This document shows positions 10,892 through 20,391 of a DNA stretch of 64,000 nt, one piece after another. Location: contig CAWBGA010000002.1 in the NCBI GenBank assembly GCA_963788195.1, forward strand, positions 288,001-352,000, read 5' to 3'. Under the pieces are notes generated by a model. It worked only from the letters and a program-made list of their open reading frames with translations. It was not told the origin of the DNA and did no database searches. The first letter of the stretch is position 1; the number at the start of each line of letters is the position of its first letter. The stretch comes from Nitrospirota bacterium. GTDB taxonomy: Bacteria > Nitrospirota > Nitrospiria > Nitrospirales > NS-4. The position numbers and the translations under genes are program-made.

Positions 10892-13099
10892 ATGCCGATG
10901 AAGAATCAGGATTTCAAAGCGCGGCTGCTCGCGACGTTCAAGATCGAGGCACAAGAGCATCTCGAAGTCCTCGCAGCGAATCTGCTTGCACTGCAAGGTG
11001 GTGTTCCCGCAGAGCAGGTGCCCGAGTTAGTCGAGGCGACCTTTCGCGAACTTCACACCCTTAAGGGAGCGGCGCGATCAGTCAGCTTGAGGAATGTCGA
11101 GAATCTCTGCCAGGCAGGCGAATCCCTCCTAAGCAAGATTTCTCACGGGAGCCTCAGCGTGAACCGCTCCATCCTCGACGCGCTAAGCGATGCGATCGGC
11201 GGCCTCACCCTGTTGTTAAGCGGCGATGAAGCCTCGGTAAAACTGGCCGAGATTATTGAACGTCTCGATGCTGCTGGGACCGAGACCGTATCCGACCCAA
11301 CTGAGCTCGTGGGGAGGTCTGTCAGCATCATGAAAATGACCGGGCGCAGTGGGGCTCAAACCACAGCCAACCGATACCATCCGTCTCACCACCGCCAAAC
11401 TGGATACGCTGCTTCTTCAGGCCGAGGATTTGCTGGTTCCTAAACTTGCGAACGAAGAACGGCTTCGAGAGGCCGGCGCGCTGGTCGAGGGGCTGTCGCA
11501 ATGCCGCTCCCAGTGGAATCGGCTGCGGGGCGCTCGCAGCCTGAATGGCTCAAGCACCGATGCTCCCGAGCTTGCGACCGAGGTGGATATCGCGCTGCGT
11601 ACCATGGAAGGCAATGCTCGTCAGCTCCAGGGGCGGCTGACTCGCGATCACCAGGCCATTACCGGAATTGTGGATGGCCTCCTCGACGCAGATGCGACAG
11701 GTGAGGATGACGACAGCCTCATCGGTGCTCGGCTTATTCGCGCCGATGGTCCTCGACCTGGCTCAGGAGCTGGACAAAGAAGTGGAATGTCTGGTGTACG
11801 GCGCCGATCTTGAGATCGATCGAAAGGTGTTGGAAGCCATCAAGGACCCGTTGATCCACTTGGTGCGAAATGCGGTTGACCATGGGATTGAAGCGCCCGC
11901 GGCACGTCTGAAGGCCGGCAAGCCGCTCACGAGGACGCGTGACCGTGAGCGTTGCCGCGATGGAAGGGAATCGCATTGAAATTAGGGTGGAGGATGACGG
12001 TCGGGGTTTGAACCTGGCGCTGGTCAAGGCCGCGGCGGTTCGGGCTCGACTTTTGACCGTGGAAACGGCTGAAGCATTGACCGACGAGCAAATCCTCGAG
12101 CTCATCTATCGTTCCGGTTTCAGCACCAGTCCGATCATCACCGATCTTTCCGGTCACGGCTTAGGACTGGCAATCGTGAAAGAACGGGTTGAAGGTTAGG
12201 CGGACGTCTCGATATGGAAAGCCGGCCCGGTGCCGGGATGGCGGTCCGTATGATCCTCCCTGCCAGCATCGCCACTTTCCATGGCATCCTGATCCGCGCC
12301 GGCGGCCAGCAGTTCCTTCTTCCTGCCGAAGCGGTCGAGCGGGCCGTGCGGGTCGCCCAAGATGCCGTCGAGCATATCGAGGACCGAGAGGTCATCCGTT
12401 GGGATGGGCAGCCAGTATCCATAGCACGGCTCAGCCAAGTGCTCGGCATGCCTGAGCAGAACGGCCATTCAGACCTCGCCGGGTCGCACTCCACGCGTGA
12501 TCGTGCGAGTCGGAGAGGAGCGTGCCGCGCTCATCGTTGAGGAAGTTCTAGGAGACCGAGAGGTGTTGGTCAAGGAGCTCCGGCCGCCGCTCGTTCGCGT
12601 GCGGAACGTCGCAGGGGCGGCGCTGCTTGGAACCGGGCAAGTCGTCCTGATCCTGCGCGCAACGGACCTCCTGCAATCGCTTCGCACGATCCAACCCGTC
12701 TTTGCGTCTCCAGCGGCGCGGGACGCCAAAGAGGAAGAGCGGACTGTCTTAGTGGTTGATGATTCCATTACGACCCGTACGATGGAGAAAAATCTTTTGG
12801 AAGCGGCAGGCTATCTGGTGAAGGTGGCGGTGGACGGACTCGATGCATGGACAGTTCTGAAGAGCGAGAAGGTCGACCTGGTCCTGTCGGACGTGGACAT
12901 GCCCCGGATGGATGGACTGGACCTCACGGCTCGGATCCGCGCGGATTCCAAGCTTGCCGAACTTCCCGTCATCCTTGTCACGGCGCTGGAATCTCGAGAA
13001 GACAAGGAGCGGGGTATTGAAGTGGGCGCCAACGCCTACATCGTCAAGTCGAGCTTCGACCAAACCAACATTCTAGAGATCATCCGCCGGTTCATATGA
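10892..13099 (+). CDS. cheA: CheA histidine kinase with C-terminal receiver (WspE-like); multiple frameshifts
   Basis: Hpt FRELHTLKG, PLIHLVRNAVDHGIE, EDDGRG, CheW-like domain and REC VLVVDDS distributed over six ORF fragments. Confidence 0.9.
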
Positions 13100-13112
13100 A
13101 GAACGCGCGCTC

Positions 13113-14146
13113 ATGATTCGCGTGCTCGTCGTGGAAGACTCGGCCGTAGCCCGGGAGTACCTGGTCCATTTGTTCGGCCAGGATCCGGCGCTAAAAGTGG
13201 TCGGCACGGCGAAGGACGGACTGGAAGCGGTGGAACAAGCGGAACACCTCAGGCCGGACATCATTGCAATGGACGTGCACATGCCGCGGATGAACGGCTA
13301 CGAGGCTACCCGCCAAATCATGGAGCGCACCCCAACGCCCATCGTGATGATGAGCGCCAACACGAGCGAGGAAGTGCCGATTGCTTTCGACGCCCTCAAA
13401 GCCGGCGCCCTGGGTCTAGTAGATAAGCCTCTTGGAATGGATCATTCGAACCATGCCGAGAGTGTCCGTAAGTTGCTGGAGCAGGTGAAGTTAATGGCGG
13501 AGGTTAAGGTGGTGAGACGATGGGCAAGGCGCGGAGCGACACGGTTCGCCGGCTCCGCCTCTTCAGACCGATAGAAAAATTCGGCTGATCGCAATCGGCG
13601 CGTCCACCGGCGGGCCTGCGGCCGTGGCCGAGATTCTCGATGGGGTTAACCGGCACGCTGCCGTTGCCGATCCTGGTCGTGCAGCATATTGCGCCGGGCT
13701 TCACGACGGGACTGGCCGAATGGCTCAACCGGTCGACTGCTCTGACCGTAAAGGTCGCAGAAGGAGGCGAGCGAGTCCGGCCGGCCACGGTGTATGTCGC
13801 GCCTAATGGCTCTCAGATGGGAATCACCAAAGACGGCCGGATCACTCTGACCAAGGAACCGTTGGAGGGGGGCTTCTCGCCGTCCGCGACATATCTCTTT
13901 CGCTCCGTGGCGGAAGCCTATGGCCGGTTCGCGGTCGGCATTCTGCTCACTGGTATGGGCCGGGACGGGGTGTCCGGTCTGTTGCGGATGCGGGAAGCCG
14001 GAGGAGTCACGTTTGCGCAGGATGAGGAGACGAGCGTGGTCTTCGGCATGCCGGGGGAGGCGATTCGCGCGGGAGCGGCCATGCACGTGCTCTCTCCCGC
14101 ACGGATCGCAAACGCGATCAGTTGGCTTCTGGCGCATGGAAAGTGA
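13113..14146 (+). CDS. cheB: CheB methylesterase with receiver; frameshifted
   Basis: REC domain; GASTGGP, VQHI and LTGMGRDG catalytic motifs. Confidence 0.9.
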
Positions 14147-14156
14147 GGTCAGGCCA

Positions 14157-14806
14157 ATGCAACCCGTGACCAGCGATGGGGCCGAGATCCTCATTGTCGA
14201 GGACAGTCTGACACAGGCGGAACAGCTCAAATATTTGCTGGAAGAGTCGGGGTATCGGGTCACGGTTGCGGCCAACGGCAAGCAGGCGCTGGCATTGGTT
14301 CGCAAGCGGAAGCCGAGGCTGATCATCAGCGACATCTGATGCCGGAGATGGACGGCTATACGCTCTGCAGGACCATCAAATCTGATCCCGCGACGAAAGA
14401 CATTCCGGTGATCCTCCTCACGTCCCTCGCAAGCCCTGACGATGTGATCAAAGTCCTGGACTCCAGCGCCGACAACTTCATTCATAAGCCCTATGACGAG
14501 AAATATCTGTTGTCACGGGTGCACTACATCCTGACGAACCGGGAACTTCCCAAGACCGACAACCAGATGGGGATCGAGATCTTTTTTGGTCGGAAGCGAC
14601 ATTTCATTACCGCGCAACGGGAGCAGATTCTGAACCTGCTGATTTCCATGTTTGAGGGCACCATCCAGGTCAATGAGGAGCTGAAAGCGAAGGAGAAGGA
14701 ACTCGAGAAGGCAAATGCCAAGATGAAGGTCATGCAGGGGGAACTCGAAGATGCTCAAGCCAAGTACCGTGCGCTGCGCGATTCACGACGCCCGGGAGTC
14801 AAATAA
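14157..14806 (+). CDS. Response regulator: REC plus linker and coiled coil, no enzymatic output; frameshift near 14337
   Basis: ILIVEDSLTQA...IISDI joins MPEMDG; C-terminal heptad-rich helix. Confidence 0.8.
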
Positions 14807-14979
14807 GCGACAGATCAGTCCAGGCAAGGATCTGTTGGGCGGGAGCCTGGGAAATAGCGTCGCCCGGCATTTTGGAAAAGTACCGATGGCTGATGAGGTT
14901 GGAGCAGGAGGTAAATACAGCATAAGAAGTCCGAAATTGTCATAACCTGCCGTTTGCGCTCCCGGAGCCGCCGTTTTCT

Positions 14980-15006
14980 CAAGTCAAACCCTGCCCCCAC
15001 CGATAT
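14980..15006 (+). promoter_or_regulatory. Sigma28 (FliA)-type promoter CAAG-N15-ACCGATAT
   Basis: Same motif and spacing as the flgM and fliC promoters; ~50 nt upstream of the HTH-motAB operon. Confidence 0.7.
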
Positions 15007-15054
15007 AGTAACGAGCAACAAGCACCACTAAAAACCTCGGTTGGGAACGAAGAG

Positions 15055-15258
15055 ATGTCTCCTGAAACCCAAGTATTGACCTTGGCGGAAGTCGCTGCGC
15101 TTCTTCGCGTGCCGAAGTCAACAGTTTATAAGTTGGCGCAAAATCACACCGTTCCAGGTTTCAAGGTCGGTAAGCACTGGCGTTTTCTGCTCGGCGATAT
15201 CGAGGGATGGCTCCGGAGTCATGGAAACGGCCCTCTTGTGACAGGGGGCGAGCGGTGA
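15055..15258 (+). CDS. Small HTH_17 (excisionase-like) DNA-binding protein
   Basis: LTLAEVAALLRV..STVY...PGFKVGKHWRF signature. Confidence 0.85.
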   Translation: MSPETQVLTLAEVAALLRVPKSTVYKLAQNHTVPGFKVGKHWRFLLGDIEGWLRSHGNGPLVTGGER

Positions 15259-15280
15259 CAGCGCCGAGGAAGTCTACTTC

Positions 15281-16045
15281 ATGGACATTCTGACTCTCGC
15301 CGGCATTATTCTGGCCCTCGGTGCCATTCTCGGAGGCCAGGTGCTCGAAGGCGGCCATATCGGCTCCATCATGCAGGCGACGGCATTCCTTATCGTGATG
15401 GGGGGCACGGTCGGCGCGGTGATGGTGAATTACCCCATGGCCGTTTTCATGAAGGGAATGGTGAATGTCAAGATGGTCTTCTTCAATGTGCATGTGGATT
15501 CCAAGGCGATGATTGCCCAGATCGTCGAACTTGCGACCCTGAGCCGAAAACAAGGGCTGCTCGCGCTTGAAAGTAAATTGAAGGGGCTCACCGATCCGTT
15601 TCTTGCGAAGGGTCTTCAACTGGTCATTGATGGCACCGAGGCGAAAGCCATCCGGGAGATTCTGGAAATCGAAGTGGAGCAATTCGAAGAAGCGAATAAT
15701 CTCTCGGGAAAAGTATGGGAGTCATTGGGCGGTTTTGCGCCGACCATCGGCATTTTGGGCGCGGTACTTGGCTTAATTCACGTCATGGAAAATCTATCTG
15801 ATCCATCGAAACTGGGATCGGGCATCGCGACCGCCTTTGTGGCGACTATTTATGGTGTAGGCGCCGCCAATCTGTTCTTTCTTCCGATCGGCGGGAAGAT
15901 CAAGCTCAAGACAAAGGAGTTGGTTCTGGCTCGCCAGATGATTATCGAGGGCTTGGTGTCGCTGGCACAGGCGGAGAATCCAAAGATGATCGAAGAGAAG
16001 CTGAGCGGCTACCTGCCGGAATCTCAGCGGGCGAAACCGAAATGA
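15281..16045 (+). CDS. motA: Flagellar stator subunit MotA (MotC-like)
   Basis: GLLALE, APTIGILGAVLGLI, AFVATIYG. Confidence 0.95.
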   Translation: MDILTLAGIILALGAILGGQVLEGGHIGSIMQATAFLIVMGGTVGAVMVNYPMAVFMKGMVNVKMVFFNVHVDSKAMIAQIVELATLSRKQGLLALESKLKGLTDPFLAKGLQLVIDGTEAKAIREILEIEVEQFEEANNLSGKVWESLGGFAPTIGILGAVLGLIHVMENLSDPSKLGSGIATAFVATIYGVGAANLFFLPIGGKIKLKTKELVLARQMIIEGLVSLAQAENPKMIEEKLSGYLPESQRAKPK

Positions 16046-16049
16046 GGAA

Positions 16050-16101
16050 GTCATTCTGAGCGAAGCGAAGAATCTAGACCCTTCATTATATTCAGGGTGA
16101 C
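16050..16101. repeat. REP-like imperfect palindrome between motA and motB
   Basis: GTCATTCTGAGCGAAGCGAAGAATCT-AGACCCTTCATTATATTCAGGGTGAC folds into a long hairpin. Confidence 0.65.
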
Positions 16102-16113
16102 ATAAGGGTAGCC

Positions 16114-16905
16114 ATGGCCAGGAAAAAAAAGCATGAAGAGCATGAGAACCACGAACGGTGGTTGGTGTCGTATGCCGACTTCATCACGCTTCTGTTCGCC
16201 TTTTTCGTTGTGATGTACTCTATTTCGTCCGTCAATGAGGGCAAGTTCAGAGTCGTCAGTCAGTCCATCGTCGAAGCCCTGAACCCCATGATCAACATGT
16301 CCGCTACGACGCTTCGCTTCCAACCCGAAAACCAGGGAGGCCCCACGTCGAACCTTGCGATTTCCATAGACATGCAGGTCTATAAGAAGTTGTCGGAGGC
16401 GATTCAGGCTACGGACAGCAAGGGCCGGGTGAAAGTAGCCCAGGGCGAACGAGGAGTTACGATCAGTATTACGGACACGACCCTTTTCAAGCCAGGCGAA
16501 GCCATCGTTTTGTCCGAGGCGAGCGAAACGCTCATTCGTGTTGCCTCTGTCTTGAATGATTTTCCGCATCAGATTCGCATCGAAGGTCATACCGATAATA
16601 TGCCCATCCACACCAAAGAATTTCCGACCAATTGGGAACTGTCAGCCGCGCGCGCGCTAAACATTACGCGATTCTTGACCGAAGGCGGCTATTTGCCTGC
16701 GGAGCGATTAGCCGCCAGTGGCTATGGCGAGTTTCATCCGATTGCATCCAATGATACCCCTGAGGAGCGATCACAAAACCGCCGCGTTGAGCTGGTTATT
16801 TTAAAAGCTCTAAAAGACGTCGACGGTAATAAGGTGGTCGAGCCCATCGGGGCTCCTTGCGTGCCGACCGGGCTACCAGGCGGCTGCGAGCCCAAGGGAT
16901 TATGA
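16114..16905 (+). CDS. motB: Flagellar stator subunit MotB (MotD-like)
   Basis: WLVSYADFITLLFAFFVVMY; OmpA-like EGHTD, NWELSAARA, NRRVE. Confidence 0.95.
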   Translation: MARKKKHEEHENHERWLVSYADFITLLFAFFVVMYSISSVNEGKFRVVSQSIVEALNPMINMSATTLRFQPENQGGPTSNLAISIDMQVYKKLSEAIQATDSKGRVKVAQGERGVTISITDTTLFKPGEAIVLSEASETLIRVASVLNDFPHQIRIEGHTDNMPIHTKEFPTNWELSAARALNITRFLTEGGYLPAERLAASGYGEFHPIASNDTPEERSQNRRVELVILKALKDVDGNKVVEPIGAPCVPTGLPGGCEPKGL

Positions 16906-17210
16906 AAAAAGTACCTCTTCACGAAACAGTGCCGGGAATGGTCCTGGCGAAACCCATTACGAATGCGAGCGGCCTCGTGGTGGCGGCGGCGGGCTTGATG
17001 CTGGATGAGCAAATGATCGCTCATCTGGAAAGAATGGGCAAGACGGTGGTGCATGTCGAAGGGGCTGGCGAAGAGGCGAGCAAATCTCTCGAAGATCTGG
17101 AGCGGGAGCTCAACGCGCGATTTCGCAAGGTCGAAGGTGATCCCCAACTTCTGAGGATCCAAGAAGCCATTCGCCGCCATTTGCGAGAGCAGAGCGGGGT
17201 GTCGCGATGA
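16902..17210 (+). CDS. Small hypothetical protein resembling the N-terminal module found on HD-GYP/HDOD proteins
   Basis: PGMVLAKPI...G..L..L.RMG pattern; ATGA overlaps with both neighbours. Confidence 0.65.
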   Translation: MKKVPLHETVPGMVLAKPITNASGLVVAAAGLMLDEQMIAHLERMGKTVVHVEGAGEEASKSLEDLERELNARFRKVEGDPQLLRIQEAIRRHLREQSGVSR

Positions 17211-18043
17211 CCGAGACAGAACACGCTGCGTTGAAACAACGAATCGAGAAACTCGGACAGCTTCCGACGCTGCCCCAGGTTGTGCAAAAGATCGTGTCAA
17301 TGATCGATCGCCCGGAGACCTCCGCGGAGGCGCTGGGGCGGCTGATTGAGAAAGACCAGGTCCTATCGGCAAAGGTGCTGCAACTCGCCAATTCGCCCTT
17401 TTACGGATTTCCCGCGCGCATCGCCTCCGTCAGCCATGCCGTCGTGGTGCTGGGTTTAAATGTTGTGAAAGGCCTGACACTCAGTGCCAGTGTCTTCGAC
17501 ATGATGAAGGCCGCAGGGATGGACGAACTCTGGCGCCATTCCTTGGGAGTGGCCATGGTGGCGCATGTGCTCGCCACCCGGGTGGGCCATAAAAACCCCG
17601 AAGAGCTTTTTGTCGCCGGTCTGCTGCACGATCTCGGAAAGGTTGTGATGTATGTCAAGATTCCCGAGACCGTCTTGCGGATCACGGAAGCGGCGCAAAC
17701 GCGGGACCTGTATATGATCGAGTCCGAGCGGGAGGTTCTCGGACTCACTCACGCCGATATTGCCGGATGGCTGGCCACAGCCTGGCACCTGCCCATCGTC
17801 TTGAAAGAACCGATCATGTATCACCACCAGCCCTCATTGGCGACGGGAGCGCCGATGCAGACGGCGATTGTACATGTCGCCGACGTGCTCGTGAAAGCGA
17901 TGGGCTGCGGCTGCTCGGGCGATGATCTTGTTCCACTGTTAAATCCGGAAGCCTGGTCGGCCATGAACTTGAACGATGAGGGCCTGGCGGCCTGCGTCGC
18001 CAAGGCCGCCCATGAGTTCGAAACCATCGACGATTACCTATGA
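17207..18043 (+). CDS. HDOD domain protein
   Basis: LPTLP, LANSPFYG, LWRHS, GLLHDLGK, WHLP. Confidence 0.9.
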   Translation: MTETEHAALKQRIEKLGQLPTLPQVVQKIVSMIDRPETSAEALGRLIEKDQVLSAKVLQLANSPFYGFPARIASVSHAVVVLGLNVVKGLTLSASVFDMMKAAGMDELWRHSLGVAMVAHVLATRVGHKNPEELFVAGLLHDLGKVVMYVKIPETVLRITEAAQTRDLYMIESEREVLGLTHADIAGWLATAWHLPIVLKEPIMYHHQPSLATGAPMQTAIVHVADVLVKAMGCGCSGDDLVPLLNPEAWSAMNLNDEGLAACVAKAAHEFETIDDYL

Positions 18044-18981
18044 CCACGACCGCTACGGCGTCACGGCGTGTACTCCTGCTGCATGGGGATCCAGGCGAGG
18101 CCTCACGCCTCAATGAGATCCTGACCAAGGCCGGATTCGCCGTCGAAATCTCAAGCGAGCCCAATCCCACACTCGCGGACTTCTTCGATCATCCCCCATC
18201 CATGCTGCTGGTGGCCGAGGGCACGGGGGGACGGTCGGTGGAGACGCTGGCTCGCGATCTCAAAGCGGATCCTCTGCTGGGCCGGTTGCCGATCGTGTTT
18301 TTGATCCGCGACGTGCGGGTGGCGGACGTCGACTGGGAGACGTTGGCGGTTGATGACTACATCACGATGCCCTACTCCCCTGATGATGTCGTGCGTCGGT
18401 TACGTTTGTGCCTTTCCCGGATGTCCCGCTCGCTGGACGCGAATCCACTGACCGGCCTTCCCGGCAATACGTCCATCCTCTACGAGACAACGCGCCGGAT
18501 TGAAACCGGCAGGCCTTTTGCGCTTGCGTATCTCGACATCGATAACTTCAAGTCGTTTAACGATCGTTACAGTTACGGCAGGGGCGACGAGGTGTTGGTG
18601 GTCACGTGCCGTCTCCTGAGCACCGCGGTGAGTGAAGGCGCGGGTCCCGAAGGATTTGTCGGGCACATCGGCGGCGACGACTTTGTGCTCATGAGTTCCC
18701 CTACTGTCATGGACGACATTTGTCAAACAATCATCCGCCGGTTCGATCTCGTCATTCCGGATTTTTACGATGAAGAGGACCGCACGCGCGGTTATCTCAA
18801 TTCGGTGGATCGACGGGGTAACCGGGAGCAGTTTCCGATAATGACCGTGTCTATCGTGATGGTTTCGACCGAGACGCAGCCCATCACCCACCCCGGCGAT
18901 ATCAGCGGGCGGGTGGCGCAGTTGAAGAAACAGGCGAAGGCCCTTCAGGGGAGCAATTATCTCTCCGACCGGCGGAAGTGA
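18040..18981 (+). CDS. Pseudo-receiver plus diguanylate cyclase (GGDDF)
   Basis: DANPLTGLPGN, DIDNFKSFND, GHIGGDDF; receiver lacks the phospho-Asp. Confidence 0.9.
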   Translation: MTTTATASRRVLLLHGDPGEASRLNEILTKAGFAVEISSEPNPTLADFFDHPPSMLLVAEGTGGRSVETLARDLKADPLLGRLPIVFLIRDVRVADVDWETLAVDDYITMPYSPDDVVRRLRLCLSRMSRSLDANPLTGLPGNTSILYETTRRIETGRPFALAYLDIDNFKSFNDRYSYGRGDEVLVVTCRLLSTAVSEGAGPEGFVGHIGGDDFVLMSSPTVMDDICQTIIRRFDLVIPDFYDEEDRTRGYLNSVDRRGNREQFPIMTVSIVMVSTETQPITHPGDISGRVAQLKKQAKALQGSNYLSDRRK

Positions 18982-19312
18982 TGTGGACCTGGAGCTTGAC
19001 CGTTTTGGCTGCTGCAATCGAGCGGCTCAGGCGCTTGAGAGACCGCAGGACCTTTTCTATGGCATCTGCTCTGTTTCGGGCGCGGATCGTGTGGGCGAGA
19101 ATTGTACACGCCATGTTGAAGCCCTCCTGCCAACCCTGATTCCCGTCCACGTCAATGAGGGATTCAGCCAGTTGAGCGCACGCTTCCCGCTCATCGGTGA
19201 CGGACACAGTCAGCTGCTGAAGAGCTTGGCAGTATTTGCACCAATGGTCTTGATGGCTCGGCCCACAGATCGCGACATCAAGATCCGATTGTAGCTCCGG
19301 GTCGGGCGTCAT
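18902..19312 (-). CDS. Hypothetical protein (start MTPDPE; 3' end uncertain)
   Basis: Protein-like helical sequence EREACAQLAE...ACTILAHTIRAR; candidate TTGACA-N17-TACGGT promoter upstream. Confidence 0.45.
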   Translation of the reverse strand: MTPDPELQSDLDVAICGPSHQDHWCKYCQALQQLTVSVTDEREACAQLAESLIDVDGNQGWQEGFNMACTILAHTIRARNRADAIEKVLRSLKRLSRSIAAAKTVKLQVHITSAGRRDNCSPEGPSPVSSTAPPAR

Positions 19313-19349
19313 ATTTCGCCTCGGAAAAGCTAAATCGTGGGACACCTCG

Positions 19350-19378
19350 ACCGTACCGCTAAGGAGGAAGCGTGTCAA
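19350..19378 (-). promoter_or_regulatory. Possible sigma70 promoter TTGACA-N17-TACGGT for the minus-strand ORF
   Basis: Consensus -35 with 17 nt spacer and a partial -10. Confidence 0.4.
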
Positions 19379-19572
19379 GATTTGCTCAAGACATTCCCGC
19401 ACGCTGTCTCTTTCCGCCCGGTAGAATTCTCCTAGCCCCGTACCCTCCTCGGCCAAGCCCGAACACCGTAAATTACAGCCTAGGGCACAACATATAGGTA
19501 TTATAGTGGTCACCTACCCTCCAGGCTGGATTCTCAAAACGAACCCGGCTAGGGATTTGGTCGTCATGGAAA

Positions 19573-19588
19573 CGGCATGTGTCTTGCT
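19573..19588 (+). promoter_or_regulatory. Sigma54 (RpoN) -24/-12 promoter CGGCAT-N5-TTGCT
   Basis: GG at 19574-75 and GC at 19586-87 have canonical spacing; ~30 nt before the flgF ATG. Confidence 0.75.
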
Positions 19589-19616
19589 GTTATCCCTTGT
19601 AACAGCGAGGTGCGCA

Positions 19617-20345
19617 ATGGATCGTGGGGTTTACTCGATAGTGTCAGGAGCAGTGGGGCAAGAACGGCGGATGGACGTCGTAGCCAAGAACCTGGCCAAC
19701 GCCCAAACCGTCGGCTACAAGCGCGAGAAAGTCCTGTTCAAGACTTTCCTCGCGAAAGCTGTGGTAGGCAGTCCCCGCATGAAGGTCGGGGGAGATAAGG
19801 TGTTCAGTCGCGTGAACGGGACATTCCTCGACTGGAAGAGCGGCACCCAGCGGCCTACAGGGAATCCTACGGATCTGACCTTGAACGGAGATGGATTCTT
19901 CGTCGTGCAGACCCCTCGCGGTCCGGAATACACCCGCAGCGGAAATTTTATGGTGAGTGACAAACGACAACTGGCGACGCTGGATGGACTGCCGATCCTC
20001 GGACAATCCGGCCCACTATTGATTCCACCGGGGAAGCTCCTGGTTAATGGCCAGGGAGAACTCACGGTGGATGGCGCGACCATCGATACATTAAAAATCG
20101 TGAATATCAAAGACCTCGCATCGAGCACGCGAGTCGGAGAACGGTACATTACGAAGGGCCCGGTCGAACCGGCGCTGTCCACGAGCGTTATACAAGGCAG
20201 TCTGGAAGAATCGAATGTCAATGCGATTGAAGAGTTTGTCTCGCTTATTGACCTCAGCCGGCAGTATGAAGCCGCTCAGAAAGTTGTGCATGCAATGGAT
20301 GATGCGACCAAACAAGCGGTGAATGAGATCGGTCGACCGGCTTAA
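19617..20345 (+). CDS. flgF: Flagellar proximal rod protein FlgF
   Basis: NLANAQTVGYK, YTRSGNF, LEESNVN; upstream of flgG. Confidence 0.9.
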   Translation: MDRGVYSIVSGAVGQERRMDVVAKNLANAQTVGYKREKVLFKTFLAKAVVGSPRMKVGGDKVFSRVNGTFLDWKSGTQRPTGNPTDLTLNGDGFFVVQTPRGPEYTRSGNFMVSDKRQLATLDGLPILGQSGPLLIPPGKLLVNGQGELTVDGATIDTLKIVNIKDLASSTRVGERYITKGPVEPALSTSVIQGSLEESNVNAIEEFVSLIDLSRQYEAAQKVVHAMDDATKQAVNEIGRPA

Positions 20346-20391
20346 TGCTTACCTCAGCAAGTTACGCACAACGAACATCCGGAGGACCAAG

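Noticed and set aside
6867..14806. Calling the chemosensory genes pseudogenes or programmed frameshifts
   Set aside because: Lesions seen are indels, catalytic residues are intact, and the same pattern hits core flagellar genes, so an assembly artefact is more parsimonious
15055..15258. Excisionase-like gene as a sign of a prophage or ICE
   Set aside because: No integrase, att repeats or phage genes; it sits under a sigma28 promoter with motAB
18983..19294. Plus-strand 103-aa ORF after the cyclase
   Set aside because: No RBS or motifs; the opposite-strand frame looks more protein-like and has a candidate promoter
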